Assembly: GCA_028826165.1 (NCBI GenBank)
Contig: JAPDFW010000108.1
Span: 124,001 to 188,000, forward strand
Source: Anaeramoeba ignava BMAN
Lineage: Eukaryota; Protista; Anaeramoebae
Length of the DNA: 64,000 bases
Direction of reading: 5' to 3'
Part shown: one piece after another, positions 26,969-40,037 of the stretch
How the letters are laid out: each line of letters begins with the position of its first letter
Numbering within the stretch: position 1 is the first letter of the stretch
Position numbers and translations under genes: made by a program
The notes under the pieces: model-generated
What the model saw: only the letters and a program-made list of their open reading frames with translations
Databases searched by the model: none
Told to the model about the DNA's origin: nothing

Positions 26969-29900
26969 ATGAATCAAAAAACAAATTTAAAAACTACAGA
27001 TTCCAAATTATCTTATCACAAAAAAATTATTGGTCAATTTCACAAAGAATGCGACAGCACAACAAATATGTTAGCAGTTTCATCAATAAATGCATTAGTT
27101 AAAGTAATAAAATATTCACAAGCAGATACAATTATGCAACTTGAACGTGAATTACGCTCAATTATTGAAGACCTTAGAAACTCTAATATTGCACTTCCTT
27201 TATCTTTCTCCACTGTCTGTGATATTTTTGTTCGTGCAATCACTAGAATTCCTTCTCAAGTATTCTTTATTTTTTCTTTTAAATTTTTTTTATTTTTTTT
27301 AATTTTTTTTTCTTTTATATTTTTTTTCTTGTTTTTTTAGGTTTCAGATAAATGGAAAAATACTTTGATTCAAAGAGCAGAAGCTTTTAAACATACTGCT
27401 CAACATTCTCGTGCAAATATTGCCTCTATTGCTTCTCGATTTTTTGAAGATAAAACTGTGAATTATTTATAAATAATTTTATAAATAATTTAATAAATAA
27501 TTTTATAAATAATTTTATAAATAATTTTATTAATAATTTTATATTTAATTTTATAAATAATTTTATAAATAATTTTATAAATAATTTTATAATTAATTTT
27601 ATAAATAATTTTATAAATAATTTTATAAATAATTTAATAAATAATTTTATAAATAATTTTATAAATAATTTTATAAATAATTTTATAAATAATTTAATAA
27701 ATAATTTTATAAATAATTTTATAAATAAATTTATAAATAATTTTATAAATAATTTTATAAATAATTTTATTAATAATTTTATATTTAATTTTATAAATAA
27801 TTTTATAAATAAATTTATAAATAATTTTATAAATAATTTTATAAATAAATTTATAAATAAATTTATAAATAATTTTATAAATAATTTTATAAATAAATTT
27901 ATAAATAATTTTATATTTAATTTTATAAATAATTTTATAAATAATTTAATAAATAATTTTATATTTAATTTTATATATAATTTTATATTTAATTTTATAA
28001 ATAATTTTATATAATTTTATATTTAATTTTATATTTAATTTTATAATTAATTTTATAAATAATTTTATAATTAATTTAATAATTAATTTTATAAATAATT
28101 TTATATTTAATTTCATAATTAATTTTATAAATAATTTTATAAATATAATTTTATATTTAATTTTATAAATAATTTTATATTTAATTTTATATTTAATTTT
28201 ATAAATAATTTTATAAATAATTTTATAATTAATTTTATAATTAATTTTATAATTAATTTTATAAATAATTTTATAAATAATTTTATATTTAATTTTATAT
28301 TTAATTTTATAAATAATTTAATAAATAATTTTATAATTAATTTTATAAATAATTTAATAAATAATTTAATAAATAATTTTATATTTAATTTTATATTTAA
28401 TTTTATAAATAATTTTATAAATAATTTTATATTTAATTTTATAAATAATTTTATAATTAATTTTATAAATAATTTTATTAATAATTTTATATTTAATTTT
28501 ATAAATAATTTTATATATAATTTTATAAATAATTTTATAATTAATTTTATAAATAATTTTATATTTAATTTTATAATTAATTTAATAAATAATTTTATAA
28601 ATAATTTTATATTTAATTTTATAAATAATTTTATAAATAATTTTATAAATAATTTTATAATTAATTTTATAAATAATTTTATAAATAATTTTATAAATAA
28701 TTTTATAAATAATTTTATAAATAATTTTATAAATAATTTTATATTTAATTTTATAAATAATTTTATAAATAATTTTATAAATAATGTTTTATTTAATTTT
28801 ATAAATAATTTTATATTTAATTTTATATTTAATTTTATAAATAATTTTATAATTAATTTTATATTTAATTTTATAAATAATTTTATAAATAATTTTATAT
28901 TTAATTTTATAAATAATTTTATAATTAATTTTATAAATAATTTTATATTTAATTTTATAAATAATTTTATATTTAATTTTATAAATAATTTTATAATTAA
29001 TTTTATAAATAATTTTATATTTAATTTTATAAATAATTTTATATTTAATTTTATAAATAATTTTATAAATAATTTTATAAATAATTTTATATTTAATTTT
29101 ATAAATAATTTTATAAATAATTTTATAAATAATTTTATAAATAATTTTATAAATAATTTTATAAATAATTTTTATAAATAATTTTATAATTAATTTTATA
29201 TTTAATTTTATAAATAATTTAATAAATAATTTTATAAATAATTTTTATAAATAATTTTATATTTAATTTTATAAATAATTTAATAAATAATTTTATATTT
29301 AATTTTATAATTAATTTTATAAATAATTTTATAATTAATTTCATAAATAATTTTATAATTAATTTTATAAATAATTTTATATTTAATTTTATAAATAATT
29401 TTATAAATAATTTTATAAATAATTTTATAAATAATTTTATAAATAATTTTATAAATAATTTTATAAATAATTTTATAAATAATTTTATATTTAATTTTAT
29501 AAATAATTTTATAAATAATTTAATAAATAATTTTATAATTAATTTTATATTTAATTTTATAAATAATTTTATAATTAATTTTATAAATAATTTTATAAAT
29601 AATTTTATAAATAATTTTATAAATAATTTTATAAATAATTTTATAATTAATTTTATATTTAATTTTATATTTAATTTTATAAATAATTTTATAAATAATT
29701 TTATATTTAATTTTATAAATAATTTTATATATAATTTTATAAATAATTTTATATATAATTTTATAAATAATTTTATAAATAATTTTATAAATAATTTTAT
29801 ATTTAATTTTATAAATAATTTTATAAATAATTTAATTAATAATTTTATAAATAATTTTATATTTAATTTTATAAATAATTTTATAAATAATTTAATAAAT

Positions 29901-31812
29901 AATTTTATAAATAATTTTATATATAATTTTATAAATAATTTTATAAATAATTTTATATTTAATTTTATAAATAATTTAATAAATAATTTAATAATTAATT
30001 TTATAAATAATTTTATAAATAATTTTATAATTAATTTTATAAATAATTTTATAATTAATTTTATAATTAATTTTATAAATAATTTTATAAATAATTTTAT
30101 AAATAATTTTATAAATAATTTTATAAATAATTTTATATTTAATTTTAAAAATAATTTTATAAATAATTTTATATTTAATTTTAAAAATAATTTTATAAAT
30201 AATTTTATATTTAATTTTATAAATAATTTTATAAATAATTTTATATATAATTTTATATTTAATTTTATATTTAATTTTATATTTAATTTTATATTTAATT
30301 TTATATTTAATTTTATAAATAATTTTATAATTAATTTTATATATAATTTTATATTTAATTTTATAAATAATTTTATAAATAATTTAATAAATAATTTTAT
30401 AAATAATTTAATAAATAATTTTATATTTAATTTAATATTTAATTTTATAAATAATTTTATAAATAATTTTATATTTAATTTTATATTTAATTTTATATTT
30501 AATTTTATATTTAATTTTATAAATAATTTTATATTTAATTTTATATTTAATTTTATAAATAATTTTATAAATAATTTTATAAATAATTTTATAAATAATT
30601 TTATAAATAATTTTATAAATAATTTTATAAATAATTTTATAAATAATTTTATAAATAATTTTATAAATAATTTTATAAATAATTATATAAATAATTTTAT
30701 AAATAATTTTATAAATAATTTTATAAATAATTTTATATATAATTTTATAAATAATTTTATAAATAATTTTATAAATAATTTTATAAATAATTTTATAAAT
30801 AATTTTATATTTAATTTTATAAATAATTTAATAAATAAATTTATATATAATTTTAAAAATAATGTTTTATTGAAATAATTTTTTGTATCAAAAAAAAAGA
30901 TTGTTCTTGTTCATGGATTTTCAAAAGTAGTTGAATTTGTTCTTAGAAAAGTATTACAAAAACAAATAAATTTTTCAGTATTTGCAACAGAATCTAAACC
31001 TGGAAAACAAGGAGAAAGATTTGCAAAAAGACTCAAAAAATATTCAATTCCAGTAACATTAATATCGGATACATTTATAGCGCACATTATGGATAAAATT
31101 GATTTTGTTTTAGTTGGAGCTGAATCAGTTGTAGAAAATGGAGGAATTATAAACAAAATTGGAACATATCAAATTGCAATTGTTGCAAAACATTTTAATA
31201 AGAATTTTTATGTTGCAACTGAAAGTTTTAAATTTATGAGATTTTATCCTTTATCTCAAGAAGATATTATTGAATTGGAAACCAAACATTTTCATAATAT
31301 TCCCACAAATGAAATTGGTATTTATGGAAAAAGATGGGATTTTAAACATGAAAATTCTGAACAACTTTTGGATGATTCACTTTATTTAGAAAGTATTGAA
31401 GAACCTGAAATTAATCAAAATGAAAATCAAAATGAAAATCAAAATGAAAATGGAAATCAAAATCAAAATCAAATTGAAAATGAAAATCAAAATCAAAATC
31501 AAAATCAAAATCAAAATCAAAATCAAAATGAAAATGAAAATCAAAATCAAAATCAAAATCAAAATCGAAAATCAAAATCAAAATGAAAATGAAAATCAAA
31601 ATCAAAATTTAAATCAAATTGAAAATGAAAATGAAAATCAAAATTTAAATCAAAATCAAAATCAAATTGAAAATGATTCTGATTTTTCTAAAATGATCTA
31701 TTCTCGTCGTTTTGATTATACTCCTCCAGAATATATCACTCTCTTATTTACAGATCTTGGTGCTTTATCACCTTCAGCAGTTTCAGATGAACTTATTAAA
31801 CTTTATATGTGA
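26969..31812 (+). CDS. EIF2B1: Translation initiation factor eIF2B alpha subunit; exons 26969-27259, 27341-27457, 30900-31812; frameshift inside an NQ tract near 31566
   Basis: Spliced frame gives [54 protein letters not shown] and [16 protein letters not shown]. Confidence 0.92.
27458..30899 (+). repeat. 3442-nt intron of eIF2B-alpha filled with a 12-bp satellite (ATAAATAATTTT)n
   Basis: GTGAAT donor at 27458 and AAAAAG acceptor at 30899; flanking exons join in phase 0. Confidence 0.9.
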
Positions 31813-31921
31813 TAGAAAATGATACAAATTAAAATTCAAATAAAAATTAAAACTTTTTTTTTAAATAAAAATAATAAAATTTTAAAATTTTTAAATTCAT
31901 TTTTCATTTTTAAAATTTTAA

Positions 31922-34472
31922 ATGAATGTAAAACACATTTTAAATCTTTCATTTCCTTCAACAAAAAACCCATTTATTATTGAAATTCAAGAAACTCTTC
32001 TTATTCATTATCAATTTTCTTCAATTCATTTAATTTCAAAAACTCAAAACAAATTAATTGGAATTTGGAAGTTTTTGGATGAAATTGTCCAAGTTTTAGT
32101 TATTCATTCTCCTTTTGAAATTATCATTTTAACAAAAGATAACTCAATTTGGATTTGTGGAAGTTTATTCAAACATTTACAAAATCAACTCCAATTAAAA
32201 AAAAGTTTTCCAAATGAGAAAAAACCAAAAAAAAGAAAAAAAGCAAATGAAAAAGTGTTTAATCACGAATCCCCAATTATTTTCTTTTTGGATCAAAAAT
32301 TCAAGTCAAGAATCGATAATCTTTTCAAACAAGAAATAATTGTGCAAATTTTACAAACAAATCAATCAAATCTTGTTTTCTTTACAAATCAAACCAATTA
32401 TTCCATAAACACCAAAACGAATTCAAGTATTCATTTTTTTCGATTGAAATCATCCAAAAAAATCACAGACACTTTATCAAAACCTCCTAAATCATCTTCA
32501 ATCATCGAAAACGAGCAGTTCAAATTCAACAAAATTGCTCTGATAAATTCACAAGACTTTTCTGATTTTATGAAGAGCTTGATTAAAGAAGACACAAAAA
32601 TATTTGGAGATGAAAATGGAGAAGCAGAAAAGGATTTGATTGTGTTTTTTATTGATTTGAATAATAATTTATCATGGATTCATTTTGGAAATGAAAAAAT
32701 TACAAATTCACAAAACAAAATTGAATTGGAAGAAAAAGTTATTTCCGTTTTTATTCACAACAGAAAATCCATTGTAATTTTTGGGAAATTTGGGAAAATT
32801 TGGATTTTTTCATACAAAACCATCTTCAATCAAATTGCCAATTCTTGCGAAGTTTATCCTTGCTTATACACAATTAATTTGTCTTATCAAATTGGAGAAA
32901 TACGATCAGTTGACATGATCGAAGATCAGGCAACATTCCAAATTTTATGCAAAGGAGGAATTGGATATATTTGCTCTCTTGATGAGATCTTCAACATTCT
33001 CGACACAGAAGAAAAAAATACTTTCCAATCCTCAAATGAATTCAATAATAATAATAACAATAATAACAATAACGAAAAAAATATGAGTGTGATTTCTTCC
33101 ACAATAATTCAAATGCACAATATCCAAGAATTGCAGAAAATATCTTTGGATAAATTCACAATACCTTGTTTTGATATAGTTGGGATAACCAGAATATCCT
33201 GTTTGAATCAAAACGGTTATATTCTTAATCAAGAAGGTCAACTACTTTATTCTTCAACAGATTTTGATATTCACAATTTTCAAAAGGAAGAATCAAGAAA
33301 AATGCTTCCCAAACAATCAACAAAATCCAAAATTTCAAAATTAATTGAATCCGTTTCTAGTTACAACCAAATTATTGTGGAAATTCAAGCCAAAATTCAA
33401 TCCATCGATGAAATGATTTCAAATTTTAATATATTATATCACTTCGCAGCAATTTTTGAGAAAGGAAACAATTCAGAAATGAAAATGGAAATTTCCCAAA
33501 TCATTCCAAATGAAAAAATGGTTATCATTAACATGATGCTTCTTTGCGATATAAATTTCCCAACATCAAGTTTTTCGAATTGTTTTTTCTTCCTTCAAAT
33601 AAGCAATCTCCATTTTATAAAAGAAAATCAACAGAAAACTCTTTCAATCCCTTTCGAATCAGCAAAAAGACAAAAAATACTCAATCAAACGCAACAATCA
33701 ATCTCTTTATCATTTCCTCTTAAAATTTACTCAAATCAACCACTTATAATTGAAGTTCTTCTTGGTTCATCAGCAAATCAAGAACTTGAAATCATGATTC
33801 CAATTGGTTCAAAAAGATTTGATATTCTTGATTTTTCAGAAAAATTCCCACAAAAGGATGAAAATATAAATTATGATAATTTTTCAAATGAATCTTCTCA
33901 AATTTTCACCAAAATCCAACAACATCATTCACATTCACTTAATGATTTTGAAAATATTCAAACTCAATTGAATTTGCCTCAAGATTTCGGCAATTCAACA
34001 AAAATTCCAACAATTTATTCAACTGATCTTTTCCAATTCGAAACAAAACAAGAAGGATTGAATTTGATCCAAAATATTTTTGGAAATGAATATTTGGAAG
34101 ACACAATTACGCTTCTTGAAATGCAAGAAAAAAAGCAAATCAAATTAAAAATAAAAAGGAAAAATGAACAAATGGAATTTAAGTATTCAAACTCATTCAG
34201 AAAAATATTTACCTTTAGTAAGAGAATGTATTTTGGATCGAGCAAATCAAATCAATAATCAACATTTTAAAATGATTCCTCAAATCAATCAAGATAATTA
34301 TAGTCAAATTCATAATGAATTTCAAGAAATAAAAGATGAATTTGTAAAAATGAATGAATTTTACAAATCAAATGAGAATAAATTTTCATTTAAAAAAATT
34401 GAAAAATATGAAAGAATTAAAGAAAGAATTGAAAATTTTTATCAAAAAATTAGAGAAATTTTTAAGTTTTAA
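31922..34472 (+). CDS. ~850-aa protein, tentatively FAAP100/FANCB/BBS-like (beta-rich N-terminus, coiled coil, beta-sandwich, C-terminal helical hairpin); frameshift near 34140-34165
   Basis: Long ORF plus an overlapping downstream ORF. Segments KISKLIESVSSYNQIIVEIQAKIQSIDEMISNFN and IQTHSEKYLPLVRECILDR resemble FAAP100 from memory; unverified. Confidence 0.4.
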
Positions 34473-34750
34473 AAAAATAAAAAAAAATAAAAAAAATTTT
34501 AATTAAATTTTTCTGTTGAAATCAAACAATGAACCTTTTATTGATTAAGAAAAAAAAAAAGAAAAGAAAAAGATCTGTCAAAATTGCAATAGAAAAAAAA
34601 AAGAGAAAAAGAGAAAAAGAAAAAAGAACTTTTTTTCCGATTTTGAGTTTAAGAAAGAAAATTCAAAACATGTTTCACTTTTGAATGGAAAAGGAAAAGG
34701 AAAAAGAAAAAAAAGAAAAAAAAGAAGTGAGAACAAGAAACAGGATAAAT

Positions 34751-37700
34751 TCATAATAAGGAACATTTCTTTTTCTTTTTTGGTTGTTCTTGTTTTTGTG
34801 TCTTGTTTTCTTGTTGTGGATTTGGTGAATTTTTGGATTCTTTCCATTTTCTTACTTTTCGAACTAATTCTTCAAAAGCTGCTTGAACATTTGCTCCTGT
34901 TTTTGCAGAACTAAATTAAATATTTTTTATTAAATATTTTTTATTAAATATTTTTTATTAATTATTTTTTATTAAATATTTTTTATTAAATATTTTTTAT
35001 TAATTATTTTTTATTAAATATTTTTAAATGTACGTTTCAATATAAACTGAATTGTATTTGCTTGCTAATTCTTCTCCTTCTTCTTGATTAATTAATCTTT
35101 CATCTTCAAGATCTAATTTAAAATTAAAATTAAAATTAAAATTAAAATTAAAATTTAAATTAAAAATCAAAATTAAAATTAAAATTAAAATTAAAATTAA
35201 AATTAAAATCAAAATTAAAATTAAAAATTAAAATTAAAATTAAAATTAAAATTTAAAATTAAAATTTAATAAAGATCACAATTCAAATTTAATTAAAAAA
35301 TTTAAATTAAAATTTTAATCAAGATCACAATTCAAATTCTATTTAATAATTTAAATTTAAAATAAATTCAATTAAGAAATTATTTACCGCTTTTGTTTCC
35401 AACTGTCACAATTGGTATTTTATCTGTTCTTTTTGCTACTTTTAAGTTTTCAAATAACTTTCTAGCTTCAGAGAAACTTGCTCTATCTGTAATAGAAAAA
35501 CATAAAAGAAAACCTTCACCTTGTTTCAAATACTTTAAAATTAAAATTAAAATTAAAAATTAAAATTAAAATTAAAATTAAAATTAAAAATTAAAATTAA
35601 AATTAAAATTAAAAATTAAAAATTAAAATTAAAATTAAAATTAAAATTAAAATTAAAATTAAATTTAAAATTAAAATTAAAATTAAAAATTAAAATTAAA
35701 TTCAAAATTAAAATTAAATTTAAATTTAAAATTAAAATTAATTCTTCATACTTTATCTCTAACAGTTCTGTATTCTTCTTGTCCTGCTGTATCAAGAATC
35801 TCAAGCATTGAAGGTTTATCATCAACTAGAACCATTTTTCTATAATTTTCCTCTATTTAAATTGTAGAATAAAAATTTTTTATTTATCAAAAAAATTGGG
35901 GTTAATTTTTTATTTTAAATTTTAAATTTTAAATTTTAAATAATATTTATTGTTAATGATTCATCATTTAAATTAATTTTTCAATCTAATTTTGTTTTTC
36001 ACATTTTGGGTGTCAATTTATAATTTAATTTATAATTTTGTTTATAATTTTGTTTATAATTTAATTTATTATTTAATTTATAATTTAATTTATTTGGAAA
36101 TTTATAATTTTATTTATAATTTTATTTATAATTTTGTTTATAATTTTGTTTATAATTTTGTTTATAATTTAATTTATAATTTAATTTATAATTTAATTTA
36201 TTATTTAATTTATAATTTAATTTATTTGGAAATTTATAATTTAATTTATTTGGAAATTTATAATTTTGTTTATAATTTAATTTATAATTTTGTTTATAAT
36301 TTTATAATTTAATTTATTATTTAATTTATAATTTTATTTATAATTTTATTTATTATTTTGTTTATAATTTTGTTTTATAATTTTATTTATAATTTTATTT
36401 ATAATTTTGTTTATAATTTTATTTATAATTTTGTTTATAATTTAATTTATAATTTAGTTTATAATTTAATTTATAATTCTGTTTATAATTTAGTTTATAA
36501 TTTTATTTATAATTTAATTTATAATTTAATTTATAATTTAATTTATAATTTAATTTATAATTTAATTTATAATTTTAATTTATAATTTAATTTATAATTT
36601 AATTTATAATTTAATTTATAATTTAATTTATAATTTTATTTTATAATTTTGTTTATAATTTAGTTTATAATTTAATTTTATAATTTTAATTTATAATTTT
36701 AATTTATAATTTAATTTATAATTTTATTTATAATTTAATTTATAATTTAATTTATAATTTTATTTATAATTTTATTTATAATTTAATTTAGAATTTAATT
36801 TATAATTTTATTTATAATTTAATTTATAATTTAATTTATTATTTTATTTATAATTTAATTTATAATTTAATTTATAATTTAATTTATAATTTAATTTATA
36901 ATTTAATTTATAATTTAATTTATAATTTTAATTTATAATTTAATTTATAATTTAATTTATAATTTAATTTATTATTTAATTTATAATTTAATTTATAATT
37001 TAATTTATAATTTAATTTATAATTTTATTTATATTTTTATTTATATTTTTATTTATAATTTAGTTTATAATTTTATTTATAATTTTATTTATAATTTTAT
37101 TTATTATTTTATTTATAATTTTATTTATAATTTAATTTATAATTTAATTTATTATTTTGTTTATAATTTAATTTATTATTTTTATTTATATTTTATTTAT
37201 AATTTTATTTATAATTTTATTTATAATTTAATTTATAATTTTATTTATAATTTTATTTATAATTTTATTTATAATTTTATTTATAATTTTATTTATAATT
37301 TTATTTATAATTTAATTTATAATTTTATTTATAATTTTATTTATAATTTAATTTTATTTGAATTATTCAATTTTTTTTTTTGAAATAATAAAAGAATTGA
37401 AAAAAAAAATAAAAAAAAATTAAGAATTGATTTTATTTTGTTTTTCTTGACTCGATTTAATAAGTTAATTTAAACAAATTTTATTTAATTGATTAAAATA
37501 TTTTTACCGATCGTTGGATCATAATCTTGAATAAACTTTCCTTGAAGATAACGAACAACAAGACAAGATTTGCCAACTAAAAAAAAAAAAAGAGAACAAA
37601 ATGAGAATAAAAATTTGTAAAAAAAATGAAATTTGTAAAAAAAAATGTTAATTTCAATGTTAATTTCAATATTAATTTCAATGTTAATTTCAATGTTAAT

Positions 37701-37918
37701 TTTTATGTTAATTTTTATGTTAATTTCAATGTTAATTTCAATGTTAATTTCAATATTAATTTCAATGTTAATTTTAATGTTAATTTCAATGTTAATTTCA
37801 ACGTTAATTTCAATGTGAATTTCAATGTTAATTAAACGTCAAATGTTAAAATTTAATTAAAGGAAATTTTACTTGAACCTCCTCCTATTACAACAAGTTT
37901 ATATAAATCGTCTCCCAT
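34751..37918 (-). CDS. RAS: Ras-subfamily small GTPase, 6 exons, C-terminal KKKKKCSLL
   Basis: Spliced: [51 protein letters not shown], CaaX. All introns are GT..AG. Confidence 0.93.
36015..37355. repeat. 12-bp satellite (TTTATAATTTAA)n inside Ras intron 2 (35853-37507)
   Basis: Read directly. Confidence 0.93.
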
Positions 37919-38233
37919 TGATTTTTTTTATTAATTTTAATTTTAATTTAAATTTAAATTTAATTTAAATTTTTTTTTTATTGTTTGGCAAAGAAAAAAG
38001 ATCTGAAAAAAAAATGAAAAAAAAAAATGAAAAAATTAAAAAAAAAAAAAAATTTTAATTTTAATTAAAAATAAAAAAAGAAAAAAATCTTTTATCTCAA
38101 AATTTGAAAAATAATAAAAAAAAAATAAAATAAAAAAGAAGAAGAAAAAAAATTAAAAAATAAATTTTTCTCCTTTTTAATTTAATTTTTTTAATTTAAA
38201 TTTTTTTTTCATTTTTTTTTCATTTTTTTTTAA

Positions 38234-39872
38234 ATGTTTACAAAAAAAAATCCAATAAATATTGTGAAGAATTGTCAAAAATTACTTTTAAATCTTGAAA
38301 CAAATGAAACAAAAAAAACAAATATAAAACAAATTGAAAAAATAATAAATGATCTTAATTCAATTTCACAAATAATATTTGGCTCAGAAAAAAAAGTCCC
38401 TAATCCTCAAAATATTTCAGTTTTAGCTGATGAAGTTTTTAGTTCAAATTTTATGATTCAATTAATTCAAAATTTATCAAAATTTCCTTTTGAAGTTAGG
38501 AAAACTATTGTTAAAATATTTGAGTTTTTACTTTTTCAAAAAACTCAAAATAATAAATTACCAACAGAATATATTTCAGAAAAGTTTCTTACAATATTAT
38601 TTGAAGGGTTGATTTTATTTTGAAAACATTTTTAATTCATCTTCCAATTATATTCAAAATATTTAAATTATATTTAAAATATTTAAATTATATTCAAAAT
38701 ATTCAAATTATTTAAATTATATTCAAAATATTTAAATTAAGTTAAATTCAAATATATTTAAATTATTTAAATCAAATTAAATTAAATTCAAAATATTTAA
38801 ATTATATTAAAATCAAATTAAATTAAATCAAATTAAATTCAAATTAAATTCAAATTAAATTCAAATTAAATTCAAATTAAATTCAAATTAAGTTATATTA
38901 TATTCAAATCAAATTAAATTATATTCAAAATATTTAAATTAAATTTAATATTATTTAAATTAAATTAAATTCAAATTAAATTATAATTAAATTCAAATTA
39001 AATTAAATTAAATTCAAATTAAATTAAATTAAATTCAAATCAAATTAAATTCAAATTAAATTCAAAATATTCAAATTATATTAAATTCAAATTAAATTCA
39101 AATTAAAAATATTCAAATTAAATTAAATTAAATTCAAATTAAATTCAAAATATTTAAAATATAGATACACAAATGAAATTACTTCAATTAATTGCGGAAT
39201 GATGATTCGTACATGCGCTCAAGACGAATCTCTTGCAAAAAATATTTTTTTATCAAAAAATCTTGAAACACTTTTTGAAAGTGTAGAATCACCAAGTTTT
39301 GATATTGCATCTGATGCTTTTCGAACATTAAAAGTTGATAAAAAATTTTAAATTTGAGAAAAAAAAAATATGGAATAAAATTTGTTTGTTTTTTTGTTTG
39401 TTTGTTTGTTTGTTTTTTCTTTTAGGATTTATTCACTTCAAACAAAAATTCTTTATCGAATTTTTTTGTTGATAATTATGAAAGATGTTCCAAAATATTC
39501 AAACAAGCTTTACAATCCAAAAATTACGCAGCAAAAAGACAATACTTAGAATTAATAAGTTTTTTGATAATAAAAAGTCCTATCAAAATCATGTTAAAAT
39601 ATTTTCTAGATTCTGAACATTTCTTACTAATCATTTCTTTAATGCTTTCTGAATCTCAATCAATCCAAATAGAGGCTTTTCATATCGCAAAATTTTTTAT
39701 AATGAACCCCAAAAGAAATGATAATATTACTCAAATCTTAGTGAATCAAAGTAAACAAATTATTGATTTTCTTCAAAATTTTTCTGTTCAAGAAAAAATT
39801 AAAGATGAAACTTTTGAAGTTGATTCAAAAAAAGTACTTCAAGAAATACTCAAGATGAACTCAAAAAAATAA
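38234..39872 (+). CDS. CAB39: MO25/CAB39-family protein; exons 38234-38607, 39165-39333, 39426-39872
   Basis: FEVRKTIVKIF, GYTNEITSINCGMMIRTC, FDIASDAFRTLKDL, SKNYAAKRQ and SIQIEAFHIAKFFIMNP match MO25 motifs. Confidence 0.9.
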
Positions 39873-40037
39873 TTATTTTTTTTTTCTTTCAAGTTTATGG
39901 TTTAAAAAAAAGAATAAAAAGGAATGTAATCATTTCTTGTTTTAAGAAATTTTAGATAAATGTAAAAAATTGTTTTGGAATTTAGATTTGATGTTATTTA
40001 TTTTTTGAAAAAAAAAATTGATGAAAAAAAGGCATTT

